Below, piece by piece: positions 1 to 8,719 of a stretch of DNA of 26,738 nt. The position numbers were made by a program, and so were the translations under genes. The notes below the pieces were generated by a model. It ran no database searches and was not told the origin of the DNA. It worked only from the letters and a program-made list of their open reading frames with translations. The stretch's first letter is position 1. Every line of letters starts with the position of its first letter. Source of the stretch: a virus (taxonomy: Duplodnaviria > Caudoviricetes); IMG/VR virus record IMGVR_UViG_3300021121_000028, positions 1 through 26,738 of that record; one strand, given 5' to 3'.

Positions 1-70
1 TTAATATTATTTAGCAAAATACTAAAAAAACGCGGTATATGGAAACCTTTGTTATTTAATTGTAATTGTA

Positions 71-77
71 ATAAATA
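71..77 (+). promoter_or_regulatory. T4-like late promoter (ATAAATA), 5 nt before ATG 83
   Basis: The TAAATA core recurs upstream of more than 10 genes in the window and resembles the T4 gp55 late promoter TATAAATA. Confidence 0.6.
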
Positions 78-82
78 AATTT

Positions 83-952
83 ATGAATTATAGAGAAGCA
101 GGATTATATTGGATACATCTAGCTGCACATACTGACCCTATGACACAGGGTTACATAGGAGTTTCTAAATATCCTGAAGGAAGAATGTCTACCCATTTAA
201 GACGCGCATCAGAAAATAGACATCACAATATTAATCTAATTGAAGCAATTAAAACTTTTGGTAAAAAAAAATTAATATGCGAAGTTTTAGTATATGGTTC
301 TGAGGATTATTGTTATACTTTAGAACATGAGTATAGACCAGTTAAGAATTTAGGATGGAATATTGCTGAAGGTGGTAAAATGGGGGCAGGACCCAAATTT
401 GGTGTACCCAAAAATAGAGAAAAAATCGAGGCTCGTAGAGAAGCAAAAAGAAAACAAGATGAAGAAAGGCAACGTAGGATTGAGGAAGGAAAACCTACCC
501 CTGACGATATTATTTTTTGTAAAAAATTAAAAGAAAAATTAGAGTTGAACAAAAAAATAGAATTAGGAATTTCTTTAAACGAACCCATACCTGATAGAGT
601 AATTTATTTCAGACCTATTTGCAAAAAATGTAATAAAAATTATAGTGCCATAAATTATAAAAAAGACGGTATAACTCATTATCGCAGCGTTTGTGATGAG
701 TGTGGCAGTAAGAAAGCTAAAAACAAAAATAGAGTAGCCAACTGGGAGAAAAGCGGCTATAAAAAGAAAACTGTGTGTGACAGTTGCGGATTTAGAAGTT
801 TATATCCATCACAAATGACGGTATTCCACATAGATGGAAATTTAAAAAACATAGCACTAAGCAATCTTAGAACAATATGTCTTAACTGTGTGGAAGTCGT
901 TAAGCGTAAAGAATTAACGTGGAAGCGTGGAGACTTGACTATTGATTACTGA
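83..952 (+). CDS. GIY-YIG endonuclease domain fused to Zn-binding HNH-like domain
   Basis: N-terminus has GLYWI..GYIGVS..GRMSTH..LEHEY..GWNIAEGG (GIY-YIG motifs). C-terminus has CxxC pairs and FHIDGNLKN..SNLRTICLNC (HNH-like). Confidence 0.8.
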   Translation: MNYREAGLYWIHLAAHTDPMTQGYIGVSKYPEGRMSTHLRRASENRHHNINLIEAIKTFGKKKLICEVLVYGSEDYCYTLEHEYRPVKNLGWNIAEGGKMGAGPKFGVPKNREKIEARREAKRKQDEERQRRIEEGKPTPDDIIFCKKLKEKLELNKKIELGISLNEPIPDRVIYFRPICKKCNKNYSAINYKKDGITHYRSVCDECGSKKAKNKNRVANWEKSGYKKKTVCDSCGFRSLYPSQMTVFHIDGNLKNIALSNLRTICLNCVEVVKRKELTWKRGDLTIDY

Positions 953-1564
953 TTCTAATTGTTTATGTAGATAATCAATAGTACCTGTATTGTCTAAGTG
1001 ATAGGTATAACTTAATCCAACACTGCTGTACTCACTAGGATGTACTTTAAAGACTTCTTCAAGTGATTGAATCATTTGCTGTGGGTATTCACTGCCGTTG
1101 TTAAGTTTCTCAGCGTAAGTCACCCATTCAGGTTCTGTGCCACGATGTGTACGCATAGTTATACCACCTATGTTTTTAATGGCTTTAAGTTCATTTGGAA
1201 AACGACAATCTGTGATTACAATATCTTCATTAAGACTGCGTAGTTTATTTTCTAAACTAGCGATCCAAATATCTTGATGAAATCCTTGACGACAGACTTC
1301 GGTGCCCCAGTATTGTAATACCCATCTTGGGGTAAGATTTGGCATGTTTAATCTTGTAGCCCACCAAGTATCAACTTGTTCACGCCATTCACGACTATGT
1401 TTAGTTGAACCTTCTAGTAACTCACGGTCCCAACCAAATATAATACTAATTGCGTCTTTTAAACTTGCTGCGAAACTAAGTCGTTTAAAGCCATGAACCG
1501 TACAAAGATAATCTGCGGCAGTGCTTTTGCCTGAACCTATTAAACCTGTTATGCCTATAATCAT
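914..1564 (-). CDS. Deoxynucleoside monophosphate kinase
   Basis: MIIGITGLIGSGKST P-loop, SFAASLKD, TPRWVLQYWGTE and ITDCRFPNE are typical of the T4 gp1-like dNMP kinase family. Start moved to ATG 1564. Confidence 0.9.
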   Translation of the reverse strand: MIIGITGLIGSGKSTAADYLCTVHGFKRLSFAASLKDAISIIFGWDRELLEGSTKHSREWREQVDTWWATRLNMPNLTPRWVLQYWGTEVCRQGFHQDIWIASLENKLRSLNEDIVITDCRFPNELKAIKNIGGITMRTHRGTEPEWVTYAEKLNNGSEYPQQMIQSLEEVFKVHPSEYSSVGLSYTYHLDNTGTIDYLHKQLESVINSQVSTLPR

Positions 1565-1570
1565 TACACT

Positions 1571-1599
1571 AATATAACACAAGATGTTATAGTTGTCAA
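1571..1599 (-). promoter_or_regulatory. sigma70-type promoter TTGACA-17-TATATT (extended TGn), predicted leaderless
   Basis: -35 at 1594-1599, -10 at 1571-1576, 17-bp spacer, 6 nt to the ATG at 1564. Confidence 0.75.
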
Positions 1600-2397
1600 T
1601 TATCCTTGAATCCAAGTTAATGGTTGACTGTAATCTTGATACTTGCGTAGATCATCAAGTAATCTATTTTGAAAGTCCATACCTTGTTGTTTCATAGCAG
1701 TACCGTTTAATGTTGTACCGCCACCTGGACCTGCGATACTTTGAAACTTCTCACGTGCTTCACCTAATATGATTTGGCAAGTAGCAAGTATAAAGTCGCC
1801 GATCCATACGCCAGCACCCGGGTCTTGTAATAATTCTAATTCAGGTCTTTGTACGTCAGCCCAAATTAATATACGTTCGCCGGTACCTTTAAAGTCACGG
1901 ACTACTCTAAGTACTTTTGTTACAGGGTTAAATGTATAAACAAGATAGCCACCGAACATACGTGCTGCTAATTCTACATAACCTGCATAAAAGTCATATG
2001 TTGCCATACCGCCTGTATAGTTGTAGTTTAACAAGTATGTGTTAAGAATCGCACTACTGAATGGGTCAAAACTGCTTGAACTTGGACCTGTTTCTAAACC
2101 TATTGTTCTTCTGAATACTGATCTTACGTTAATAAACTCACTAGGCAACGTATAAGTGTCAACATTTTCAATAGCAGTCATTAACGTATAACTTTCTACA
2201 GTGGCATTTTGTGCACGTTGTCTATATATTTTAATAGCATATAGATATGCAGCCTCATAATGTTCAGGATCTAATTCAACATCTACAATTCCCTGACCCA
2301 AACGTAAGGCTATATTTTGAAATAAAGCCTGTTTCATTTGTTCTAAATTATACCCGTTTGGGGTATCTAAAGGATTGTTAAGTACGTTAATTGCCAT
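1600..2397 (-). CDS. Neck / head-tail adaptor protein (T4 gp13-like)
   Basis: LRLGQGIVDVELDPEHY at the N-terminus and LGEAREKFQSIAGPGGGTTLNG near the C-terminus resemble T4-like neck proteins. Late promoter upstream; start ATG 2397. Confidence 0.7.
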   Translation of the reverse strand: MAINVLNNPLDTPNGYNLEQMKQALFQNIALRLGQGIVDVELDPEHYEAAYLYAIKIYRQRAQNATVESYTLMTAIENVDTYTLPSEFINVRSVFRRTIGLETGPSSSSFDPFSSAILNTYLLNYNYTGGMATYDFYAGYVELAARMFGGYLVYTFNPVTKVLRVVRDFKGTGERILIWADVQRPELELLQDPGAGVWIGDFILATCQIILGEAREKFQSIAGPGGGTTLNGTAMKQQGMDFQNRLLDDLRKYQDYSQPLTWIQG

Positions 2398-2420
2398 AGT
2401 GAATTCCAATTTTGTAATAC

Positions 2421-2438
2421 TATTTATTACAATAAATA
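2421..2438. promoter_or_regulatory. Back-to-back divergent late promoters (ATAAATA on each strand)
   Basis: TATTTATT-AC-AATAAATA inverted repeat. The minus copy (2421-2427) faces the neck gene and the plus copy (2432-2438) faces the kinase gene. Confidence 0.65.
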
Positions 2439-2445
2439 CTAAATC

Positions 2446-3072
2446 ATGTTAATAAAAGACATAGAAGAAGAACTAACCAGAAAAGATATATCCAAGTATA
2501 TGAAAGATTTGGGTTGGACTAAACTTGGTTCTGGAAATTATGGGGTAGTTTACGGCAAAAAAGATCATAACATGGTGGTTAAAATATTAGTATCAAAATA
2601 CAATAACGATTCTATTCAATCGGCAGCAGAAAGTTTACAAGACAAATTTTTAAAATTTATAATTAAAAATCCTAATATTCATTATCCAAAATTCTATCAA
2701 ACTAAAGCGGGAAATATAGCAGGACAACCGTTCAAAATGTATGAAATGGAAAGGTTAAAAAAACTCAGCCCAATAGAAGATTATGTTATAGGTTATATGG
2801 GCCAGTTAGCAGATTATGGTTATAGTCTTGAACAAATATATAATCACATACTTAGACAATTACACCCCGATGATGATATTTCAGTTATGAAATATATTAA
2901 AGATTATAATTATTTTAAAACTAAATTTCAATCATTATACAAAGCTATGGAGAAATTAATCGCCGGCGCAAATAAACTAGGTGTCGTTACTGATATTGCA
3001 GGCGATTATTATACCAACGTAATGAAGAGAGATGACGGAACCTTTGTAATTATGGATCCTTGGGCCGCATAA
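2446..3072 (+). CDS. Protein kinase-like (Ser/Thr kinase fold) protein
   Basis: Gly-rich loop LGSGNYGVVY, VVKI lysine, hinge-like YEMERL, catalytic-loop-like DIAGDYYTNVM, metal-binding-like VIMDP. Confidence 0.7.
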   Translation: MLIKDIEEELTRKDISKYMKDLGWTKLGSGNYGVVYGKKDHNMVVKILVSKYNNDSIQSAAESLQDKFLKFIIKNPNIHYPKFYQTKAGNIAGQPFKMYEMERLKKLSPIEDYVIGYMGQLADYGYSLEQIYNHILRQLHPDDDISVMKYIKDYNYFKTKFQSLYKAMEKLIAGANKLGVVTDIAGDYYTNVMKRDDGTFVIMDPWAA

Positions 3073-3073
3073 A

Positions 3074-3523
3074 TCAAAGATCATTCTCTTTACGATTCTC
3101 GCTATGATATACGTCAAAACTGCCACCGGGGTAACGGCTTTCAAGTTTACGTACATTCTCAGCAATAACATCTTGCGGATCAAGATTTAAACTGCGACAG
3201 CAATTAATCCAATACCAAATCACATCGCCTAGTTCACGTTTTAAATGTACAAGTGTATGCTCATCAAGCATCTTACCTTGAAATAATATCTTTTTACAGA
3301 TTTCCATAAACTCGCCGCTTTCACTACACAGTCCCATTGCGCCTGTTATAAACAGTGGCACGTTTAATTGTGGACCATGCATGTATTCGCCATTGGCGCC
3401 AAAGCCTTCCCAATTAGCATCTAGTCTGTCTAAACGAGTCATAAACTCTGTTAAGTCATTACTAGTCTCACTAGTTACGGCTCCAACAAAATCTTCGTAC
3501 TTTTGTAAATCAATATCTTTCAT
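3074..3523 (-). CDS. mazG: MazG-like nucleoside triphosphate pyrophosphohydrolase
   Basis: GLCSESGEFMEICKK, RELGDVIWY and ENVRKLESRYP form the all-alpha NTP-PPase ExxE/ExxD signature. Confidence 0.88.
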   Translation of the reverse strand: MKDIDLQKYEDFVGAVTSETSNDLTEFMTRLDRLDANWEGFGANGEYMHGPQLNVPLFITGAMGLCSESGEFMEICKKILFQGKMLDEHTLVHLKRELGDVIWYWINCCRSLNLDPQDVIAENVRKLESRYPGGSFDVYHSENRKENDL

Positions 3524-3699
3524 TTCTTTTTCCTTTTTGTGTTTTTGTAATCATGAAAACCTTCATACCAATCTTTAGAATTTTGTGTATCTTCTTTACT
3601 TGGTCTTGCTTTATCATAAGGGTTATAGGGAATAAAAGATGCAGTTCTTTTAGCCCAATTATAACCCTCTAGATATGCTTGTGATTTTTCTTTTGCCAT
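3520..3699 (-). CDS. 59-aa small protein with Rmf/CrpP-like pattern (absent from ORF track)
   Basis: Translated by hand: MAKEKSQAYLEGYNWAKRTASFIPYNPYDKARPSKEDTQNSKDWYEGFHDYKNTKRKKK*. It fills the gap exactly, with a TAATG overlap upstream and an ATGA overlap with mazG. Confidence 0.8.
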   Translation of the reverse strand: MAKEKSQAYLEGYNWAKRTASFIPYNPYDKARPSKEDTQNSKDWYEGFHDYKNTKRKKK

Positions 3700-4829
3700 T
3701 AAAATGCCTTTAATATAATCATATTTTCATTAAAGCGACCTTTTGGTGTAGTCGCAAGTGCTTTAATATCTTTAAAGAATTTACGTGCAGCAGGCTTGCT
3801 ACCCATAATCTCTTTGATTTGTGTTTCGGGTTTACGTAGTGTTTTAGTTTCACTTTCTTTTGTGTCAAAGCCAAGCAATAGATTACCTTTAACGGTAAAC
3901 TCTTTACTATAGCTATCAGCGATAAAGTGATGTAGTTTGCGTTTAGCAGTGTCATAAACCCAAGCCTCACTTGCACCAATTAGTTTTACTGGATTGACAC
4001 TATTAAGTTCAAGTTTGGTTTTAGTATCTTTGTATGTTTTAAGATACTTTAACTTACTCACACGCTTTTCGGGCGGTACTGCCTTTTTAGCACGTGGGGC
4101 TTTGTTAGTTTTCTTAACACTGACATAAGCGTTAAGGTCACTAATGATTTGTTCGCAATACTTAATTGCGTTTTTAATTTGGGTCTTGCCCAAATTATTG
4201 TAACCTTCAACTAAATCTTTGTCTTTACCTTTAAGTAATTCATTGTATTCATCTAAACGATCTTGCCATGCTTTAACTAACATTGGCACATGTTGTGGAA
4301 GTATGTTACGTTTAGATAATTCTTCAACGACTTTACTTTCAAAATCTTTTGGATAGCCGTTAGTGAAAAATTCGTCAAAGTAACCTTCAAGTTCGCCACC
4401 TGCTTCCAATGTACGATCACGCATAATCTCTTGTACATTGGGTCGATTTGGTTTTTCTTCATCAGTAGTGTCAACAGCAACAGTATCCATTAGTCGATTG
4501 ATTTCAACATCAAGCCCTGATTTGTGCTGCTCACTTAATGTAAGCCCACGCAATGACATACGAGCCATAAAGCCTGTAGTTGGGTACACAATACTGTCAC
4601 TTACTTTACGAAAACGTTTAGCGTCTTTGTCACGCCCGTTATGTTCCAAATATTGCAATAACAATTCCTTACTTTCTTTGTTTGTAAAAAAGTAATTGTA
4701 CCAATTTAATGCCTTGATCACTGCAAATTGGTATTCGCTCTCACTGGGCTGTTTGTCAAATTTGGGTTCAGTACCCAAATATTTGGCATCGTTTTGAGAT
4801 ACCTTAAGTTCTTTAATGTCAGACTTCAT
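3699..4829 (-). CDS. Conserved hypothetical phage protein (early)
   Basis: 376-aa Lys-rich ORF, GGAGA RBS at 4836-4840, perfect sigma70 promoter upstream. The C-terminus GRFNENMIILKAF resembles T4-like hypothetical proteins. Confidence 0.8.
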   Translation of the reverse strand: MKSDIKELKVSQNDAKYLGTEPKFDKQPSESEYQFAVIKALNWYNYFFTNKESKELLLQYLEHNGRDKDAKRFRKVSDSIVYPTTGFMARMSLRGLTLSEQHKSGLDVEINRLMDTVAVDTTDEEKPNRPNVQEIMRDRTLEAGGELEGYFDEFFTNGYPKDFESKVVEELSKRNILPQHVPMLVKAWQDRLDEYNELLKGKDKDLVEGYNNLGKTQIKNAIKYCEQIISDLNAYVSVKKTNKAPRAKKAVPPEKRVSKLKYLKTYKDTKTKLELNSVNPVKLIGASEAWVYDTAKRKLHHFIADSYSKEFTVKGNLLLGFDTKESETKTLRKPETQIKEIMGSKPAARKFFKDIKALATTPKGRFNENMIILKAF

Positions 4830-4865
4830 TATACTTCTCCGTACAGGGCTATCACACTATATAAT

Positions 4866-4894
4866 ATTATATACGATTTTTGGGCATTTGTCAA
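4866..4894 (-). promoter_or_regulatory. Perfect-consensus sigma70 promoter TTGACA-17-TATAAT
   Basis: -35 at 4889-4894, -10 at 4866-4871, 17-bp spacer. Confidence 0.85.
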
Positions 4895-4919
4895 GCATTA
4901 TTTTACAAGTAAATATACG

Positions 4920-4926
4920 ATAAATA
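4920..4926 (+). promoter_or_regulatory. Late promoter ATAAATA, 5 nt before ATG 4932
   Basis: Motif at the head of the HNH - gp14-like - gp15-like plus-strand operon. Confidence 0.65.
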
Positions 4927-4931
4927 ACTAT

Positions 4932-5585
4932 ATGTTTACTGATTCTAAATATAAAAAATGGTACTTCTCTATTATCGAGAATGCAAAAAATAGACCTGTG
5001 GTTGGTTACACCGAGCGCCATCATATTTTGCCTAAATGTTTAGGTGGAAAAGACACCGATGATAATTTAGTAAATCTCACAGCTAGAGAACATTTTATAT
5101 GCCATTGGTTATTAACAAAAATGGTCACCGAAACCAAATCAAAATATCAGCTATGGAATGCATTTAGTTGTATGCTGTACAGAGAAAGACCGGGCCAAGA
5201 TAGATATAAAGTATCAGGTAAGATTTTTGAATGTATTAAAATTGCCGGCGCTAAAATAAAAAGTGAAAAATTCAAGGGTGAGAATAATCCAATGTTTGGG
5301 AAACGAGGATCGTTAAATCCAAATTTTGGAAAGAAATGGACAGAGGAGCATAGAGTAAATGCTAGTATTTCTCATTTGGGACAAACAAGAACAATAGAAT
5401 CTAGAAAAAAACAATCTGAAAAGACCAAAGGGCGCAAACAAACTATAGAGCATATAAACAAACGTTCTAGGTCAGGAGAAGAGAATCATATGTATGGTAA
5501 AAAATTAAGTCCTGAAACAATTGCAAAAAGAACTGCTACGTTAAAGGCAAATAAATTGGCTAAAAAACTAGCCGTAGGAGTTTAA
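4932..5585 (+). CDS. Free-standing HNH homing endonuclease with NUMOD3-like DNA-binding repeats
   Basis: ERHHILPKCLGG..DNLVNLTAREHFICHWLL (HNH); GENNPMFGK and GEENHMYGKKLSPET (NUMOD3-like). Start moved to ATG 4932. Confidence 0.88.
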   Translation: MFTDSKYKKWYFSIIENAKNRPVVGYTERHHILPKCLGGKDTDDNLVNLTAREHFICHWLLTKMVTETKSKYQLWNAFSCMLYRERPGQDRYKVSGKIFECIKIAGAKIKSEKFKGENNPMFGKRGSLNPNFGKKWTEEHRVNASISHLGQTRTIESRKKQSEKTKGRKQTIEHINKRSRSGEENHMYGKKLSPETIAKRTATLKANKLAKKLAVGV

Positions 5586-5586
5586 C

Positions 5587-7305
5587 GTGCCTAGGCTCAG
5601 CCTATACCGCCCGCAGAAAACCTCAGATTATGACTTCTTTGACAGGAATATATCAGAGCAGCTTACTACTGGCGGCACTGACTTATATATTCATAAGTAT
5701 TTGGGTCCTAGCAATCAGGGTCCTAGTACAGACTACACGCAACCCCAATATGATACACTAAACCCTAAAAACATTCAAGACCTATTGTTTTTGGAAAACC
5801 GTGATCGTACATACGATACTAGCATTTATAGATTACGCGGACACTACAACGTACAGAATTTAGATTTTGATTTAAGTCAATTTGGTTTATTCTTAAACAA
5901 CAATATTATTTTTATTACTGTTCATTACAATGATATGATTGAACAAGTAGGTAGAAAGTTAATGGTAGGTGATGTAATTGAATTGCCACACTTATTAGAT
6001 TATGACCCATTAGATAGTGCTACAGTGCCTGTACCATTAAAACGCTTTATGCAAATTACAGATGCTAACTGGGCTAGTGAAGGATTTAGTCCTACATGGT
6101 ATCCGCATTTGTGGCGTATTAAATGTGAACCACTTGTTAGCAGTGAAGAATTTTCGCAGGTACTTACTGCACCAACAAACACAGACAACTATCTTGGTAT
6201 ATTTGATCCAGCAAAAACTTATCCACAAGGTTATGTAATTACATATGGTGGTGTAAATTATAAATCATTACAACCTGTACCAGCAGGTATTACTCCACCG
6301 AATAGTACATATTGGGCAGTAGATACTAATCCTACACTAAACACAATATTAAGTACATACAATACAAATATTGCTATTAACGATGCTGCATTACAAGAAG
6401 CAGAAAGAGAAGTTCCTGAATCAGGCTATAACAATAGTAACCTTTATGTTGTTCCAACATATGGCGCATATGAAACTGATGCGCAAGGCAATACATATCT
6501 AACATATGAAGATGGACAGCCTGCACCTCCTATAGATGTATTAGTTTACGATGGAACTAATCCTTCAGCAACTCTTGGTACTATAGAATTTGTAAACAAT
6601 CCTAACTATAAATTTTCTAGTCCTGTTATTAGAATTAGTAAGTTAGCATTAGATAATCTAAGAAAAACTGCTCCTTCTATTAATAAATTTGTACAAGCAC
6701 ATTTGCAAATGGAAACACTTGCCCCTGAAAAGTTAGGCAACAATTCACAATTTGTAAGCGGCGATAAAGTATTAGTATTTGAAACAACATTTACTACTAT
6801 CACAGGCCCATATGGTACTGCCGATAACACTTATGCAACTGCTGATCAGAACCCAGTTGCTCCTGGTTTTACAGGCAATATCACACAACAAATGGACTAT
6901 CGTGCAGACTGCGATCCTCGATTCCAATATATTGCACGTTATTCACCACAATCGTTTGGTTACAGTGCAGGTTACTTAACTGGTTCTGCTAATGCTCCAA
7001 ATGGATTCCCTGTTAATGCAGGTATAGCTTTCCCACCAAACCCAGCAGTTGGCGACTATTACTTACGTATAGATTATATGCCGCAAATATTGTATCGTTG
7101 GGACGGTAAACTTTGGGTAAGAATCAGCGAAAACGTGAGAACACAAACTGGCTTTGCTGATAACACAAATACTTCACAACTTTCAGGCTTCATAAATAAC
7201 TCAAACACAACTGTGCTTACAAACGGTACAACAACTACGCAAGCACAGCCGTTATCAGGAATACTTACACAAAGTCCTCCTACATTACCACCAGTAGTAG
7301 ATTAA
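5587..7305 (+). CDS. Neck / head-completion protein (T4 gp14-like N-terminus) with C-terminal extension
   Basis: IQDLLFLENRDRTYD, FDLSQFGLF and GDVIELPH resemble T4-like gp14. GTG start with AGGAG at 5576-5580; directly precedes the gp15-like gene. Confidence 0.65.
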   Translation: MPRLSLYRPQKTSDYDFFDRNISEQLTTGGTDLYIHKYLGPSNQGPSTDYTQPQYDTLNPKNIQDLLFLENRDRTYDTSIYRLRGHYNVQNLDFDLSQFGLFLNNNIIFITVHYNDMIEQVGRKLMVGDVIELPHLLDYDPLDSATVPVPLKRFMQITDANWASEGFSPTWYPHLWRIKCEPLVSSEEFSQVLTAPTNTDNYLGIFDPAKTYPQGYVITYGGVNYKSLQPVPAGITPPNSTYWAVDTNPTLNTILSTYNTNIAINDAALQEAEREVPESGYNNSNLYVVPTYGAYETDAQGNTYLTYEDGQPAPPIDVLVYDGTNPSATLGTIEFVNNPNYKFSSPVIRISKLALDNLRKTAPSINKFVQAHLQMETLAPEKLGNNSQFVSGDKVLVFETTFTTITGPYGTADNTYATADQNPVAPGFTGNITQQMDYRADCDPRFQYIARYSPQSFGYSAGYLTGSANAPNGFPVNAGIAFPPNPAVGDYYLRIDYMPQILYRWDGKLWVRISENVRTQTGFADNTNTSQLSGFINNSNTTVLTNGTTTTQAQPLSGILTQSPPTLPPVVD

Positions 7306-7308
7306 CAT

Positions 7309-8688
7309 ATGGCACAATTTTTTTACGATAATCAGATACGCAGATTCTTAATTCAATTTGCAAAAATCTTTAGCAATTGGCAAGTTACATTTGGCAATGA
7401 TCCAGCTGGTAACCCTATCTATGTTCGTGTACCTATTATGTATGGCGATCAAAGTCGTCAAGCAGCTACTGTAATTAATAATAACAGTGCAAGTACATTG
7501 CCAACCGCGCCAATGATTACTTATTATATCAGTGGTTTAGAATATAATCAAAAATGGACAACTGATCCTACATTTGTAGATCAACTGCAAGTGAGACAAC
7601 GCCATTATAATGATGAAACTCAACAATACGAAACCACACAAGGTCAAGCATTTTCAATTCAACGTTTAATGCCAGTACCATATACATTAAAAATAAATGT
7701 AGACTTTTGGACTACAAACTATAATCAAAAATTACAATTGATTGAACAATTAGGAACATTGTTTAATCCTGCACTAGAAATACAAAGCACTGATAACTTT
7801 ATTGACTGGACTTCATTAAGTTCAGTATTCCAAGATGGATTAACATTTACAAGTAGAACTATTCCAATTGGCAATAATAATCCTATTGATATTATGACTT
7901 GGAAGTTTTACATGCCTATATGGTTAAGCACACCTGCTAAACTTCTTAAAATGGGTGTTATTGAAAAAATCATTATGTCTATCTATCAAGGTAATGCATT
8001 ACAAGATATACAAAATGATGACTTGTTATTAGGCACTAGATTAAAAGTTACACCATATGGATATAAGTTATTGTTGCAAGGCAATATGTTACAATTACTT
8101 CCTGCTAACGAACCTTTCTACCCTGCAAACACTGATCTTAATAATGTAACACCTCCTGATACAGATTTATATTGGACGGCGTTATTAAACGTTTATGGAA
8201 CAATACGTCCTGGTATCAGTCAAATATGGCTAGAGAATCCTTATATGGATACAGACATTGTAGGTACAATTGTTCCAAATCCATTAGATGATAGATTCTT
8301 AATTTATAATATTGATCCTGACACATTACCTCAAAATACATTAGATCCTATCAATGCTGTAATCAATCCACAAGTCACAGGTCCCAATGCAGGATTACCC
8401 GGACCTGTTCCAGGTATCAGATATTTGATTGTAGAACCAATTGGTGCAGTTGATAGCCCTACTGTTTCATGGGGACCAGGCTTTGTAGCAAACGCTAATG
8501 ATATCATACAATATGACGGTACTACAAATGAATGGTTTGTAGCATTTGATAGTCAAACAGATACTACGCCGCAGTTTGTTACTAATTTAGCTACTAATAT
8601 TCAATATAGATATGTTCAAGAAGAACAAGTGTGGATGAAATCATACGAAGGCTGGTATGATCAAGGAAATTATAGCATCGTAATTTAA
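7309..8688 (+). CDS. Tail terminator / sheath stabilizer (T4 gp15-like)
   Basis: FFYDNQIRRFLIQFAKIFS, VRVPIMYG, PVPY and QLIEQL..LFNP match the gp15-like pattern. Confidence 0.75.
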   Translation: MAQFFYDNQIRRFLIQFAKIFSNWQVTFGNDPAGNPIYVRVPIMYGDQSRQAATVINNNSASTLPTAPMITYYISGLEYNQKWTTDPTFVDQLQVRQRHYNDETQQYETTQGQAFSIQRLMPVPYTLKINVDFWTTNYNQKLQLIEQLGTLFNPALEIQSTDNFIDWTSLSSVFQDGLTFTSRTIPIGNNNPIDIMTWKFYMPIWLSTPAKLLKMGVIEKIIMSIYQGNALQDIQNDDLLLGTRLKVTPYGYKLLLQGNMLQLLPANEPFYPANTDLNNVTPPDTDLYWTALLNVYGTIRPGISQIWLENPYMDTDIVGTIVPNPLDDRFLIYNIDPDTLPQNTLDPINAVINPQVTGPNAGLPGPVPGIRYLIVEPIGAVDSPTVSWGPGFVANANDIIQYDGTTNEWFVAFDSQTDTTPQFVTNLATNIQYRYVQEEQVWMKSYEGWYDQGNYSIVI

Positions 8689-8719
8689 TTCTTAAATAGT
8701 ACATCACACGGAGATTAAT

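Noticed and set aside
2412-2432. 8-bp inverted repeat TTGTAATA/TATTACAA as a third translational gate
   Set aside because: It is AT-rich, does not cover the RBS or start codon of the neck gene, and is partly a by-product of the double promoter.
4728-4931. N-terminal extension of the HNH ORF given by the ORF track
   Set aside because: It overlaps the divergent gene and its sigma70 promoter. ATG 4932 follows a late promoter and starts the recognisable domain.
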